Shown here: positions 9,523 through 18,533 of the stretch, one piece after another
Position numbering within the stretch: the first letter of the stretch is position 1
Layout: each line of letters starts with the position of its first letter
Source: Thermoplasmatota archaeon
GTDB lineage: Archaea; Thermoplasmatota; Penumbrarchaeia; Penumbrarchaeales; Penumbrarchaeaceae
Assembly: GCA_049472215.1 (NCBI GenBank)
Contig: JBLIRH010000002.1
Coordinates: 23,815 to 87,814, forward strand
Direction of reading: 5' to 3'
DNA length: 64,000 bases
Notes under the pieces: generated by a model
The model's database searches: none
What the model saw: the letters and a program-made list of their open reading frames with translations, nothing else
What the model was told of the DNA's origin: nothing
Position numbers and translations under genes: made by a program

Positions 9523-10257
9523 ATGGAAGGAAAGGATGGGGAGAGCTGTTTCGGAGTGGACCAACTTGACAACATCACCCTGGGAAAGATCTTACCCGGT
9601 TCCCTGGGCCTTTTCCATGGTCCAGCCGGTTGCGGGAAAAGTTCCATGCTCTATCATTTTCTTTTTCAGGGCGCGGGAATGAACAACAACGTTTGTTTCA
9701 TCACGAACGAACCACCAGACAGGATCTCTTCCCATATGTCATCCTTCAGGACCTTCCAATCGAACTGGTTGAAGGACGGATACATCTCGATATTCAACAT
9801 CCAGGACTTGATGGGTTTGATCGGCATGGACCTCGAAAATACAGGCCCCCAGGATGTTGACCTGTTCTTCGACCTCCTGGTACAGGTCGTCCAGCATCTT
9901 GATGCGAAAAGGCTCGTTATTGATCCTGTAAATCCGCTCCTTGAGATCCTGGAGGATTGGAACAAGGTCTTTTTCCTCCAGAGGTTGAAGGGAAAACTGG
10001 TCGAATTGGGGGTCTCGACCTTCATGGCAATGGATACGAACCTCCCCCTCCACGAGATGGACCTTAGATGCATGGAGCCCTACAATTTCAACATCATCAT
10101 CGGATTCAAGAAGGAGAAAGAGCCCCCAGTAATATTGAACACGATGACCATAGAGCGTTGGAAGGGGACCTCACACGCAAAGAACACGTACGTCATAGAG
10201 GTCTCGAAAGATGGTGTCTTCCTTGTGCCCAGGATCAAGCCCTTGGAGGTGAGATAG
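9523..10257 (+). CDS. KaiC/RadA-like RecA-superfamily ATPase with an intact P-loop
   Basis: Walker A is GPAGCGKS and Walker B-like is KRLVIDPVN. The single-domain length of about 240 aa is typical of archaeal COG0467-type proteins. Confidence 0.75.
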   Translation: MEGKDGESCFGVDQLDNITLGKILPGSLGLFHGPAGCGKSSMLYHFLFQGAGMNNNVCFITNEPPDRISSHMSSFRTFQSNWLKDGYISIFNIQDLMGLIGMDLENTGPQDVDLFFDLLVQVVQHLDAKRLVIDPVNPLLEILEDWNKVFFLQRLKGKLVELGVSTFMAMDTNLPLHEMDLRCMEPYNFNIIIGFKKEKEPPVILNTMTIERWKGTSHAKNTYVIEVSKDGVFLVPRIKPLEVR

Positions 10258-10839
10258 ATGGTGGTCCAGAAGGTCAAATCCGTGTCCGACACAAGCTTGA
10301 GACCGGGGGCGCAGATCATGATCTCTTCCTCAGGGGAAGCGTTCATCAAGACCTTTACCGAATTGATCGAGAGACTCACCAAGAAAATGGGGAGAAAGGG
10401 GGTACTCATCTCCACCCAATGGTCGGCGAACGCCCTGTCGAGAAGGATCTCTCTCTCAAAGCTTCCCAAAAAGAGCGTCAAGGTGATCGATACTATCTCA
10501 CTATCCATGGGATCGAAGCTTCCCGCGACCGACGATTTCGCATTTCTGTCCACACCGGTCAGCCTTGAATCCATCCTCATGGAGATAGAACGAACCTTTC
10601 GGGGTTCCAACGGAGAGTATACATTCCTCCTTCTGGATTCCCTGACGCATTTGAACAGATATTATACCGAAGGGCAGATCAACGAATTCTTCCACTTTCT
10701 GCTCAGCAGGATGCTGGAAGAACAATGCCTGGTCATCCTGTTCGATCAGGAACCTCCTGGAAGCTCCAGGATATCTGACCAGCTTTCCAACATGATCGAT
10801 CAAACTCTTCAGCTCATGCCTGGAGGTGACCGCAAATGA
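10258..10839 (+). CDS. KaiC-like domain protein lacking a P-loop
   Basis: The start abuts the upstream stop (TAG-ATG, same frame). There is no GxxxxGK[ST]. A Walker-B-like strand is retained (TFLLLDSLTHL). Size and hydrophobic pattern resemble the neighbouring KaiC-like genes. Confidence 0.55.
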   Translation: MVVQKVKSVSDTSLRPGAQIMISSSGEAFIKTFTELIERLTKKMGRKGVLISTQWSANALSRRISLSKLPKKSVKVIDTISLSMGSKLPATDDFAFLSTPVSLESILMEIERTFRGSNGEYTFLLLDSLTHLNRYYTEGQINEFFHFLLSRMLEEQCLVILFDQEPPGSSRISDQLSNMIDQTLQLMPGGDRK

Positions 10840-11582
10840 GGCTGATGGTCGGGAACGAGGATGTATCAAAAAGGATCATTTCCAAGGTCGGACTGTCAAA
10901 GTTGATACTCTTCAAGTCCGGCAAGGGAAGCGGGGGGGATCTTCTTCTCAAGCAAATGTTCGAGAACGTTCCTGAGGGAACGAACTCGATCTTTATCTCC
11001 ACACATCAGACGGAAGGGGAGCTGATGGAGGATCTGCTCGACCTGGGGATCGAAAGACAACCTGAACTTATTTCCCTGCTTCCAGTGATCGACCTCAGGC
11101 TATCAGAGGTGGCCAAGAGGGACAGGTTCATCAACGAAGGCATCATGGTGACGGATCTTCTGGAGATCTCGTCTTACTCGAGCGACAGGCCTGCATCTCA
11201 AAATACGCATATGAAGGTCCTCTCGACACTTTCTGATATTTCCTCAAAGCAGGTCCTGCCTTTCAGGATGGTGATAGATACCCTCGTCGATCTGGTGGAG
11301 GAATCCTCCCCCGAGGAGATCATCGACAGATTGAGGATCCTTAAGAGGTCCATAAGGGAAAATCAAGGACTCGTCATCGTGGGGTGCCCCCAGGGATACG
11401 ACGTTTTCCAGGACCTTGAGCAGACCCTTTTCGATGTTATCATAGAGGTCAAGGCGGAGAAGAGGGGTGAAGCATGGTTCAGGACCCTGAGCTTCGCTCA
11501 CATTAAGGGTTCGGGAGAACCCCCGGAGGAATGGCAGATCTCGACAGTTAAGGATATTCCCACAGCTCTTTCCGTTGACTGA
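10836..11582 (+). CDS. KaiC-like domain protein with a degenerate P-loop
   Basis: ATGA overlap with the upstream gene. The P-loop position reads KSGKGSGGD (no GK[ST]). Walker-B-like strand is FRMVIDTLVDL. Confidence 0.6.
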   Translation: MRLMVGNEDVSKRIISKVGLSKLILFKSGKGSGGDLLLKQMFENVPEGTNSIFISTHQTEGELMEDLLDLGIERQPELISLLPVIDLRLSEVAKRDRFINEGIMVTDLLEISSYSSDRPASQNTHMKVLSTLSDISSKQVLPFRMVIDTLVDLVEESSPEEIIDRLRILKRSIRENQGLVIVGCPQGYDVFQDLEQTLFDVIIEVKAEKRGEAWFRTLSFAHIKGSGEPPEEWQISTVKDIPTALSVD

Positions 11583-11656
11583 GAGCGGTAGTTATTCTAC
11601 CAAGGTTCCAAATTGGAGGATAAGCTTATATTCTAATAATTCCGCTCTTTCGATGT

Positions 11657-11932
11657 ATGGAAAAACACCGGGGCAACGGGCAGGTCCACATACACAGCTG
11701 CCTCCCATATTCGGATAAGTTCAACATGGAGAGTTTCTACTCTTCATACGAGCAGGATAGATGCCCCCGGTGCGGTTCCAAACACATTACCGTTTTCAAC
11801 AATGTGGTCACGAACCCCAAAGATGAGAAGCCCGTCTCCGGAGACCTCAGGTTCGGTACATTAGTGGTCGGTAAATGTCTCAGCTGCGGCATCCAGCTAC
11901 CGATGCGGTTCAAATGCATAAGGGAGGCCTGA
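11657..11932 (+). CDS. Small zinc-ribbon protein, function unknown
   Basis: CPRCGSKH...CLSCG provides four Cys in two CxxC knuckles. TATA-like CTTATATTCTAATAAT lies about 20-30 nt upstream. An internal ATG (MESFY, 11726) is an alternative start. Confidence 0.4.
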   Translation: MEKHRGNGQVHIHSCLPYSDKFNMESFYSSYEQDRCPRCGSKHITVFNNVVTNPKDEKPVSGDLRFGTLVVGKCLSCGIQLPMRFKCIREA

Positions 11933-11944
11933 ACCAGTTCCCCC

Positions 11945-12778
11945 CTAATACAGTTCAGGCCTCCTTTCAACAAGGACCGGGATCCTCCTTCTTATCTCCC
12001 TGATCCTTCCTGGATCGATCCTGGCCCTGGCATATCCGCTGCTGTCATCGAGCCTGCAAAGGACATCCCCGAACGGAGCGACGACCATCGAATGACCTCC
12101 CATTGCAGTGGGTCCGTGATCCCCCACACCGCCAACCCCTATGACATAACACTGGTTCTCGATCGCCCTAGCCATGATCAGGGTCTCCCACTGGAATATC
12201 CTGAATGCCGGCCATTGGGCAGGATAGACAAGGATATCCACACCATTAAGCACATGTTTCCTCGCCAGCTCGGGAAATCGTACCTCATAGCAGATAAGGG
12301 GGGCGATCCTTGCCCCTTCCAAGGAAAATTCGGTCAGCGTCTTGCCCGGTGTGAAGAACTCATCTTCCCCCGCCCTTGAGAACAGATGGGTCTTATCGTA
12401 TGTGGCTAATTTCCTGCCGTCGCGGTCCAGGACCATGAACCGATTGTAGAACCTACCCTTGTCATTTATGACCAAAGTGAACATGATCGCAGTGGAATGT
12501 TCCCTGGCGATCTTGCCCATGTAACGAATGGTATCGGGGGCCTTTTTCGAGAGCTCTGGAAGGCTTTCATAGTGGAAACCGGTTGCAAAGACCTCCGGAA
12601 GGACTACAATATCCATCGGCCCCTCCCTGGAAGCGCTTTCAATCAGAGAAGAAGTGCTTGAGAGGTTCTCCTCGATGTTTCCGAGTGAAAGTTTTGGTTG
12701 GACTATACAGACCTCGAGGGGATCTTTCCATTCCGACTCCGGTATCGTCCCTATCGGATCACCCCTAGGATCATTCAG
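11945..12778 (-). CDS. Carbon-nitrogen hydrolase (nitrilase superfamily); start codon unresolved
   Basis: LEVCIVQPK...DIVVLPEVFATGF (catalytic Glu context), ...YDKTHLF (Lys) and ...IAPLICYEVRFPE (Cys) form the E-K-C triad pattern. The 350-aa ORF in the track overlaps trxA by 223 nt. No ATG/GTG/TTG exists between the trxA stop and the conserved first strand. Confidence 0.75.
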   Translation of the reverse strand: MNDPRGDPIGTIPESEWKDPLEVCIVQPKLSLGNIEENLSSTSSLIESASREGPMDIVVLPEVFATGFHYESLPELSKKAPDTIRYMGKIAREHSTAIMFTLVINDKGRFYNRFMVLDRDGRKLATYDKTHLFSRAGEDEFFTPGKTLTEFSLEGARIAPLICYEVRFPELARKHVLNGVDILVYPAQWPAFRIFQWETLIMARAIENQCYVIGVGGVGDHGPTAMGGHSMVVAPFGDVLCRLDDSSGYARARIDPGRIREIRRRIPVLVERRPELY

Positions 12779-13104
12779 AGGAGCTCCCTGATCTCCGTGA
12801 TCATCTTGCTCTTGGGGATGAAACCCATCTTTGACTTGATCATCTTTCCGCCCCTGTAAAATGCAAAGGTCGGGATAGACCTTATCCCCATGGACATCGA
12901 TGTCTTCATGTTCTTGGTGACATCCATCTTTCCGAAGGCCACCTGGCCCTTCATCTCCGCAGCAAGCTGTTCGAGCACTGGTGCCATCATCTTGCATGGG
13001 GCGCAGGAGGGGCCCCAGAAATCGACCACGGCTATGTTGTACTTCCTTGTGAATTCATCTATGGTGGAGTCTGTAAGTTCCACCGGTCTATCCGGCCAGT
13101 CCAT
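12775..13104 (-). CDS. trxA: Thioredoxin
   Basis: Active site VDFWGPSCAPCKMMAP (CxxC), 109 aa, typical Trx length and pattern. Confidence 0.9.
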   Translation of the reverse strand: MDWPDRPVELTDSTIDEFTRKYNIAVVDFWGPSCAPCKMMAPVLEQLAAEMKGQVAFGKMDVTKNMKTSMSMGIRSIPTFAFYRGGKMIKSKMGFIPKSKMITEIRELL

Positions 13105-13257
13105 GAGAGCACTTCCTTGTTGAGGGTTCCTTATGGAAGTGGTCTATTTATTGTTTTTTTCTGCTTTGTTCATTGAGATTCCAAATGGACCCACCGGGAT
13201 AAGCGGTAAAGGAATAATAGCAACATTACCATACCTGGTAAAAGAGGAATTGATACC

Positions 13258-13458
13258 ATGCAGCTCAAACTGAACATGAAATGCCCGCTTTGCGAGGAGG
13301 AAGCTTCTTTAAAGGTCTACAAGTTCAACGAGGACCATATAAAACAGAAGGCAGAACTCTCGGGCCAGTGCATAAAATGCCCCATGGAGTTCGAGTACGT
13401 GGTCAAGGGGATCGACAATATGATCAAGCTCCGTGAGCTTGTTTTTGAAGAAGGATGA
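13258..13458 (+). CDS. Small zinc-ribbon protein, function unknown
   Basis: CPLCEEE...CIKCP, 66 aa, preceded by AAGAGGA and a TATA-like AATAATAG. Confidence 0.45.
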   Translation: MQLKLNMKCPLCEEEASLKVYKFNEDHIKQKAELSGQCIKCPMEFEYVVKGIDNMIKLRELVFEEG

Positions 13459-13517
13459 TTTCGGAAAATTTCTGATCATATGCCAACTATTATTTTCGTT
13501 TTCCGATAATTAGGAAG

Positions 13518-13530
13518 TTTTTATTATATA
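13518..13530 (+). promoter_or_regulatory. TATA-box-like element (TTTTTATTATATA)
   Basis: Centred about 24 nt upstream of ATG 13549, the start of a 51-aa zinc-ribbon ORF, within an AT-rich spacer. Confidence 0.35.
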
Positions 13531-13548
13531 GAAAACAATGAAATTGTT

Positions 13549-13704
13549 ATGGATGACATGAGATGTCCTAACTGTAATTCCGGTTTCGTAATCCATTTCT
13601 GCATCGGTACAAAGGAAGGATATATGAACTTCTGTCCGGCATGTCGTTCAAAATGGGATGCCATACTTCCGATCAAGGCCCTGTACGGCATCGGTCATCC
13701 TTGA
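13549..13704 (+). CDS. Mini zinc-ribbon protein (51 aa), not in the ORF track
   Basis: My own translation: MDDMRCPNCNSGFVIHFCIGTKEGYMNFCPACRSKWDAILPIKALYGIGHP*. It has CPNC...CPAC knuckles and a TATA-like box at the leaderless distance. Confidence 0.35.
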   Translation: MDDMRCPNCNSGFVIHFCIGTKEGYMNFCPACRSKWDAILPIKALYGIGHP

Positions 13705-13751
13705 GATCGGATTGAAAAACAATTTAACACCAACCGGTGTTACGGTCTCCG

Positions 13752-13946
13752 ATGTCGACCATTCCTGAATGGGACGAGCTTGTCTGCATAAGATGCGTTG
13801 CCTGTGTAGGGAGCTGCCCCGTGGGAGCCATGAGATTTTCCAACAACAGGATCCATATGATCGAGGACATCTGCATAGGATGCGGACGCTGTACAAGGAT
13901 CTGTCCTGTCGGGGCTTTGAACAAAGGAGGGGCTTCCGATGCCTGA
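13752..13946 (+). CDS. 2x[4Fe-4S] ferredoxin
   Basis: CIRCVACVGSCP and CIGCGRCTRICP are two CxxCxxCxxxCP motifs. The 3' end overlaps the GGR gene by 8 nt. An alternative GTG start lies at 13737. Confidence 0.8.
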   Translation: MSTIPEWDELVCIRCVACVGSCPVGAMRFSNNRIHMIEDICIGCGRCTRICPVGALNKGGASDA

Positions 13947-15132
13947 TATTATCGAGGTTGACTGCCTCATTATTGGAGCAGGGCCTGCAGGTAGCATAAC
14001 AGCAAGGGAGGTCGCCCGAGGAGGGTGGAAGGTCCTCATGATCGAAAAGAGGCCGGAAATTGGGGTTCCTGTTCGATGCGGGGAAGGCATCTCCAAGGAG
14101 CTATTGGACCTTATAGGACTGAAAAGCAACTCATCTTTCGTTCTATCCGAGATGGATGGTGCCAGGATCATATCACCCGGCGGACATGTCCTCACACTTG
14201 GCCCGGAGATCGCTGGCCCCGAGGTAGGCTTCGTCATCGACAGGGAGAAGTTCGATCAGGAACTTGCAGGTATGGCCGCAAGGGCTGGAGCAGAGATCTG
14301 GGTAAGGGCCGAGGCCGTCTCATATGAGGATACCGGGGATGGTGTTTCGGTCAGGGTCAAAGTTCTTTCCGATACCATCGAGGTCAAAGCCAGGGTCGTG
14401 GTAGCTGCCGATGGATTTGAATCACTGGTCGCAAGGTGGGCGGGAATTGGCACCGATCTTGACCTCAAGGACATCGATACATGCCTGCAGTACGAGATGG
14501 TGGGTGTCGAGACCAGCGGCAATTACACCGAGTTCTTTCTGGGCAGGAAATATGTCCCCGGGGGCTACATCTGGTGCTTCCCCAAGGGGCCTGACACCGC
14601 AAATATCGGCCTCGGCGTGAACGGCAGCATGCTGGAAGGAGTTGCTGACGCAAAAAAGTATCTTGATGATTTCATCGCACAGAACCCAAGGTTCTCAAAG
14701 GGGAAGATCACCGAGGTCAACGGAGGTGGCGTTTCGGTATCCCTTCCTCCGGAAGAAACGGTAGCGGACCACCTTGTGATAGTTGGTGATGCTGCGAGGA
14801 TGATAGACCCGCTTACAGGAGGGGGTATCTACAACGGCTGCTATGCAGCCCTTCAAGCGGGAAGGACCATATGCGAAGCTCTTCAAAACGGAGATACCTC
14901 CAAAGCCTCCCTGGAGCCATACGAAAGGAGGTGGAGGGACAGGTTGGAAATTGAGATGGCGCGGAACTACCTGGCAAAGGAGAAGCTCCTCGAGGTCTCC
15001 GATGAGACACTGGACAAGGTGATCTCGGCCATCTCGGAATATGAACTCAAGGAGATCTCAACCCAGGAGCTTCTCAAGGCTCTTGCTTCGAAATATCCCG
15101 AGGTCATCAGGGAGCTCGGGGACCTTGTTTGA
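13939..15132 (+). CDS. Geranylgeranyl reductase family flavoprotein (digeranylgeranylglycerophospholipid reductase-like)
   Basis: FAD fingerprint DCLIIGAGPAGSITAREVARGGWKVLMIEKR, then VRCGEGIS and GDAARMIDPLTGGG. GGAGGGG SD lies upstream. Confidence 0.85.
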   Translation: MPDIIEVDCLIIGAGPAGSITAREVARGGWKVLMIEKRPEIGVPVRCGEGISKELLDLIGLKSNSSFVLSEMDGARIISPGGHVLTLGPEIAGPEVGFVIDREKFDQELAGMAARAGAEIWVRAEAVSYEDTGDGVSVRVKVLSDTIEVKARVVVAADGFESLVARWAGIGTDLDLKDIDTCLQYEMVGVETSGNYTEFFLGRKYVPGGYIWCFPKGPDTANIGLGVNGSMLEGVADAKKYLDDFIAQNPRFSKGKITEVNGGGVSVSLPPEETVADHLVIVGDAARMIDPLTGGGIYNGCYAALQAGRTICEALQNGDTSKASLEPYERRWRDRLEIEMARNYLAKEKLLEVSDETLDKVISAISEYELKEISTQELLKALASKYPEVIRELGDLV

Positions 15133-15186
15133 TGGTCATGGTTCCATTTTAATACCATCTTACCCATACCCGGCCAAGGTGATGTG

Positions 15187-15657
15187 ATGACCACGTATGC
15201 AAAGATTGAGACGAACTACGGTGAAATGGTGGTGAGGCTTGAAACTGACAAGGCTCCGATCACCACTCAGAACTTCATGAAGCTGGCCGATTCAGGCTTC
15301 TATAACGGATTGATCTTCCACAGGGTGATCCCCGATTTCATGATACAGGGAGGCTGCCCGAAGGGCACGGGGACCGGAGGGCCGGGATACAATATCAAGG
15401 ACGAGTTCCACCCGCAGCTCCGGCATTCCAAGGGGGCGCTTTCCATGGCCAACGCCGGCCCCAACACTGGAGGATCCCAGTTCTTCATAGTGACCAAGAA
15501 CGGCGGCACTCCCTGGCTTGACAACCACCACAGCGTCTTCGGTTATATCGTCCAGGGGCAGGAAGTTGCTGACAAGATCCAGGCGGTCCCCAAGGGAGCG
15601 AACGATCGGCCGATCACTCCAGTCCAGATGAAGAAGGTCACCATCTTCCAGCAGTGA
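15187..15657 (+). CDS. Cyclophilin-type peptidyl-prolyl cis-trans isomerase
   Basis: [15 protein letters not shown]...GGPGY...[19 protein letters not shown]...[17 protein letters not shown] lies 4-5 nt upstream of ATG 15187. Confidence 0.9.
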   Translation: MTTYAKIETNYGEMVVRLETDKAPITTQNFMKLADSGFYNGLIFHRVIPDFMIQGGCPKGTGTGGPGYNIKDEFHPQLRHSKGALSMANAGPNTGGSQFFIVTKNGGTPWLDNHHSVFGYIVQGQEVADKIQAVPKGANDRPITPVQMKKVTIFQQ

Positions 15658-15698
15658 TCAACTTCGAGGGGCCAGAACCCTCGGATACGAGGAAACGA

Positions 15699-18311
15699 TC
15701 ACTGCGGAAGCTCTACCTGTGGCGGTGCTTCCTGAGAGGCCCCCTGAGGAGTCTGCTGGGGGGCAGGCGGGATCGTTTGAGGAACCTGAGCTGTTGGGAC
15801 AGTCTGGCCCATAGCCTGGGGTTGCGCAGGGGGAAGCCCTTCGGGCGGCTGTGTCTGGGGTAGAGCCTGACCTTGAGACTGCGGGGCTCCGTACAACTGC
15901 TCGGCTGTCATAGCCTGCGGACCGCCGAAGACCATATCCTCTACGGACTGGTCCTGCTGCGGAATGTACATCGGTTCAGGCTCCTCCTTCTTCTCCTTCT
16001 TCCCGAGGAAGAATATCAGGAAGACCACGATGACCAGGATGATTATCAGTATGATAACGGAGGGGATCACTATCACGATCGGGTTCAAACCTTTCTTGGA
16101 GCCTCCGTTTCCATCCGTGGTCCCGACATTCACCTGGGGGACCTTTGCTCCGAACCCGCCGGAATCCCATGATTTGATTATCGTCACCTGACCTGTGGTC
16201 TTGGTCGCAGTGGTCTTCATGCTGGCGGTCACGTAAATGACGAAATCCGGATTGACGTTCATCTCATCGAGTTCCGCGACGGTGACGGTTATCTCGACCC
16301 CCATTTCCGTATCGAGCTTGCGGATGGCGGGGACCTTGTCAACGAGAGGATAGTATATGACCGATATCTGCCTGAGATCGAACTGCATCTTGTTGTATCG
16401 GTAGTTGGAGGTAGGAACCGGGAAAGAATAGGTGGGAATGTCCGAATCCCTCGGAGCCACCCTGTCCTCGAGGAAATCAGGTTTGAGGAAATATACGTCC
16501 AGGATCGGCTCCTGCTGCTTATCCTGAGTGAAGAGATAGTCCATCTTCTCCCCGAAGTTGATGCGAATACGGTACAACCTCTCGTTACCTGGGTCCCTGT
16601 ATCCTTCAACCGTCCTGATGTCAATGGATTCCTTGGAATCGAATTCCATGAACATCTCCTCCTGGCTTCTGTGGAGGACCAGGGGGTCGGAGACATTATC
16701 ATTGTAGGATTGGTCGATCTCCTTGCCTTCGAAGATCTCACCCAGTATCCTGGTCTTGATCACCTTGATGGTCCTTGTCACATTGGAGTAGAACTCTCCA
16801 TCGGTAACGTTCAGGCCAATAGAATACTCTCCCTCCTTGGCAAAGAGGTGTTCTATTACCATCCCCTCGCCGATCCGTTCGCCATTAATGGACCATCTAT
16901 AGGTCAACTCCTGGCCATGGATCAGGTCGGGGTCAGTGCTCCTCGTTGCATTGAACTCAACAGGCCATGTCGTGTTGTAGACGAAGGTTTCCGAGGGGGA
17001 ATCCATCCTGGCGGATGGAGGATCGTTCTTGTTAACGATATGGAGTGTGAAATTCGAATATATCCTGTAGGGGGTCACGGGGTAGTCACCCCTCGTTCCG
17101 AGTTCCTCCGAAGGCCTGTCGTTCACCCAGGCTGCGACCGGGTAGTCCCCCACGAGCTTGTTTTCGGTCAAGAACTCAAGTGTACCTTTCTTGGAGTCGA
17201 ACTGGTATCCTTCGGTGAATTCGAGCTGGACACCGGAACGCTCGAATACGGTTGTGGTGATATTTGTGCCATACCTCAATACCTGCTCATAATCGGGATC
17301 GACATCCGTGGCGGTGAACTGGATAACGGCCTTAGTGTCCTCGTTGACATAATGGTCGTCGGGGAGTTCCATTACAGGGACATCGTTCACAGGTCCGACA
17401 TACACATAGAGGTCCCCGAGGACATAGGCTCCTTCCAGATCGGAGCAGTTGAAACGGAAATGTGCGAAGAAATCGGACCAGGTCTTGTCCCCGCCCGGCC
17501 GGTAGTTCTTACCCTTCAATCGATCCTGGGTCGGAACGTAAGGGCAAGCCCAGTCAGGTGTGGGGGTGAATATTATGGAAGATCCTTCCGGGTCAAGGTC
17601 TATCGATATGTTCTCCGGGCTTGCAAGGTCGTTCATCGGTGTGTAGGTGTAGAGCAGTGTGTCGTCCGGATCTCGGTTATCCCCGAAGATGTCATCGAGC
17701 TGATCATTGTCCTTGTTGATCCCGTCATAATAGGAATCCTCGTTCATCGCAATGGAAAAGAAATCCTTTTCGGAGATCTGGGTCGGGGGATCGTTCACGT
17801 TCAGTACCTCGATCCAAAGCTCCGCCATCGAGCTGCCCGTGGAGTTCCATGCCGTCACCTTTATCTTGAAATGGTCCTGACCGTAAATATAGGAATTGAA
17901 ATCGGGGTCCTTGCAGGTAACTGTCGCGGTTGCAAAGTTCGTGTCGTAATGGGAGGTTACGAACTTGACCTCGATCGGGGTCGTCGACTTGTCGTATCCC
18001 CAAGGATAGGCGACCTCGAAAGCCTTGTGTGGGTATTGGATCTCCCCTTCCTTCCAGTTATAGTTGGGATCGAAGAAAATATCGAGGGAACCCCTGCCAG
18101 TGCCGTAGAAATACTGACCCGAGAACTCGTTGAAGTCCTCATAGAGAGTGATCTCCACCACCGATCGGTTGACAATTGGACCGACAGCCCTGGTCAGATC
18201 GGCGGCAAGGACCGGAACATCGTCCCCAGAGGCGATGATCAAACCGGAAATGACCATTAGTAGGGATATCGATAAGCCTTTCAGGAACCTGGCATGCGTT
18301 GACATGACCAT
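15699..18311 (-). CDS. Surface protein with cadherin-like/PKD domains, C-terminal TM and a long Pro/Gln-rich cytoplasmic tail
   Basis: Signal-like MSTHARFLKGLSISLLMVISGLIIASG. PKD-like segment ELTYRWSINGERIGEGMVIEHLFAKEGEYSIGLNVTDGEF. TM IVIVIPSVIILIIILVIVVFLIFFL, then a tail of about 95 aa rich in P, Q and A. The start is uncertain (18353, 18311 or 18305). Confidence 0.75.
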   Translation of the reverse strand: MVMSTHARFLKGLSISLLMVISGLIIASGDDVPVLAADLTRAVGPIVNRSVVEITLYEDFNEFSGQYFYGTGRGSLDIFFDPNYNWKEGEIQYPHKAFEVAYPWGYDKSTTPIEVKFVTSHYDTNFATATVTCKDPDFNSYIYGQDHFKIKVTAWNSTGSSMAELWIEVLNVNDPPTQISEKDFFSIAMNEDSYYDGINKDNDQLDDIFGDNRDPDDTLLYTYTPMNDLASPENISIDLDPEGSSIIFTPTPDWACPYVPTQDRLKGKNYRPGGDKTWSDFFAHFRFNCSDLEGAYVLGDLYVYVGPVNDVPVMELPDDHYVNEDTKAVIQFTATDVDPDYEQVLRYGTNITTTVFERSGVQLEFTEGYQFDSKKGTLEFLTENKLVGDYPVAAWVNDRPSEELGTRGDYPVTPYRIYSNFTLHIVNKNDPPSARMDSPSETFVYNTTWPVEFNATRSTDPDLIHGQELTYRWSINGERIGEGMVIEHLFAKEGEYSIGLNVTDGEFYSNVTRTIKVIKTRILGEIFEGKEIDQSYNDNVSDPLVLHRSQEEMFMEFDSKESIDIRTVEGYRDPGNERLYRIRINFGEKMDYLFTQDKQQEPILDVYFLKPDFLEDRVAPRDSDIPTYSFPVPTSNYRYNKMQFDLRQISVIYYPLVDKVPAIRKLDTEMGVEITVTVAELDEMNVNPDFVIYVTASMKTTATKTTGQVTIIKSWDSGGFGAKVPQVNVGTTDGNGGSKKGLNPIVIVIPSVIILIIILVIVVFLIFFLGKKEKKEEPEPMYIPQQDQSVEDMVFGGPQAMTAEQLYGAPQSQGQALPQTQPPEGLPPAQPQAMGQTVPTAQVPQTIPPAPQQTPQGASQEAPPQVELPQ

Positions 18312-18533
18312 GCAGAACACCTCGACCCAAAAACGACTGGATACGACCCTCAAAATGACCCTTCCATTATAAACATTTTGAGTTATCCCTTACTCGCGAC
18401 ACGGATCATGGACGGATATGTGATGCTTTCCTTTTTGAAACCACAAGGACCCTGACCAGATGTCCATAATGATATGGGCAAATCTTAATAACGGTTAGAG
18501 ACGATTCGAGAACAAGCTTGGGGGGGCGAAAGA

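Noticed and set aside
12779-12997. The full 350-aa version of the C-N hydrolase ORF, starting at ATG 12997.
   Set aside because: It would overlap 223 nt of the well-supported thioredoxin gene. The extra 73 aa (MQDDGTSARTACCGDEGPGG...) look like out-of-frame shadow sequence.
18419-18480. A possible C/D-box sRNA in the divergent intergenic region (GTGATGC ... CTGA ... ATGATAT).
   Set aside because: Box spacing is wrong: about 25 nt between the C-like and D'-like boxes instead of about 12. There is no terminal D box or terminal stem. The ATGATGA...CTGA at 61891-61910 has only 7 nt between the boxes.
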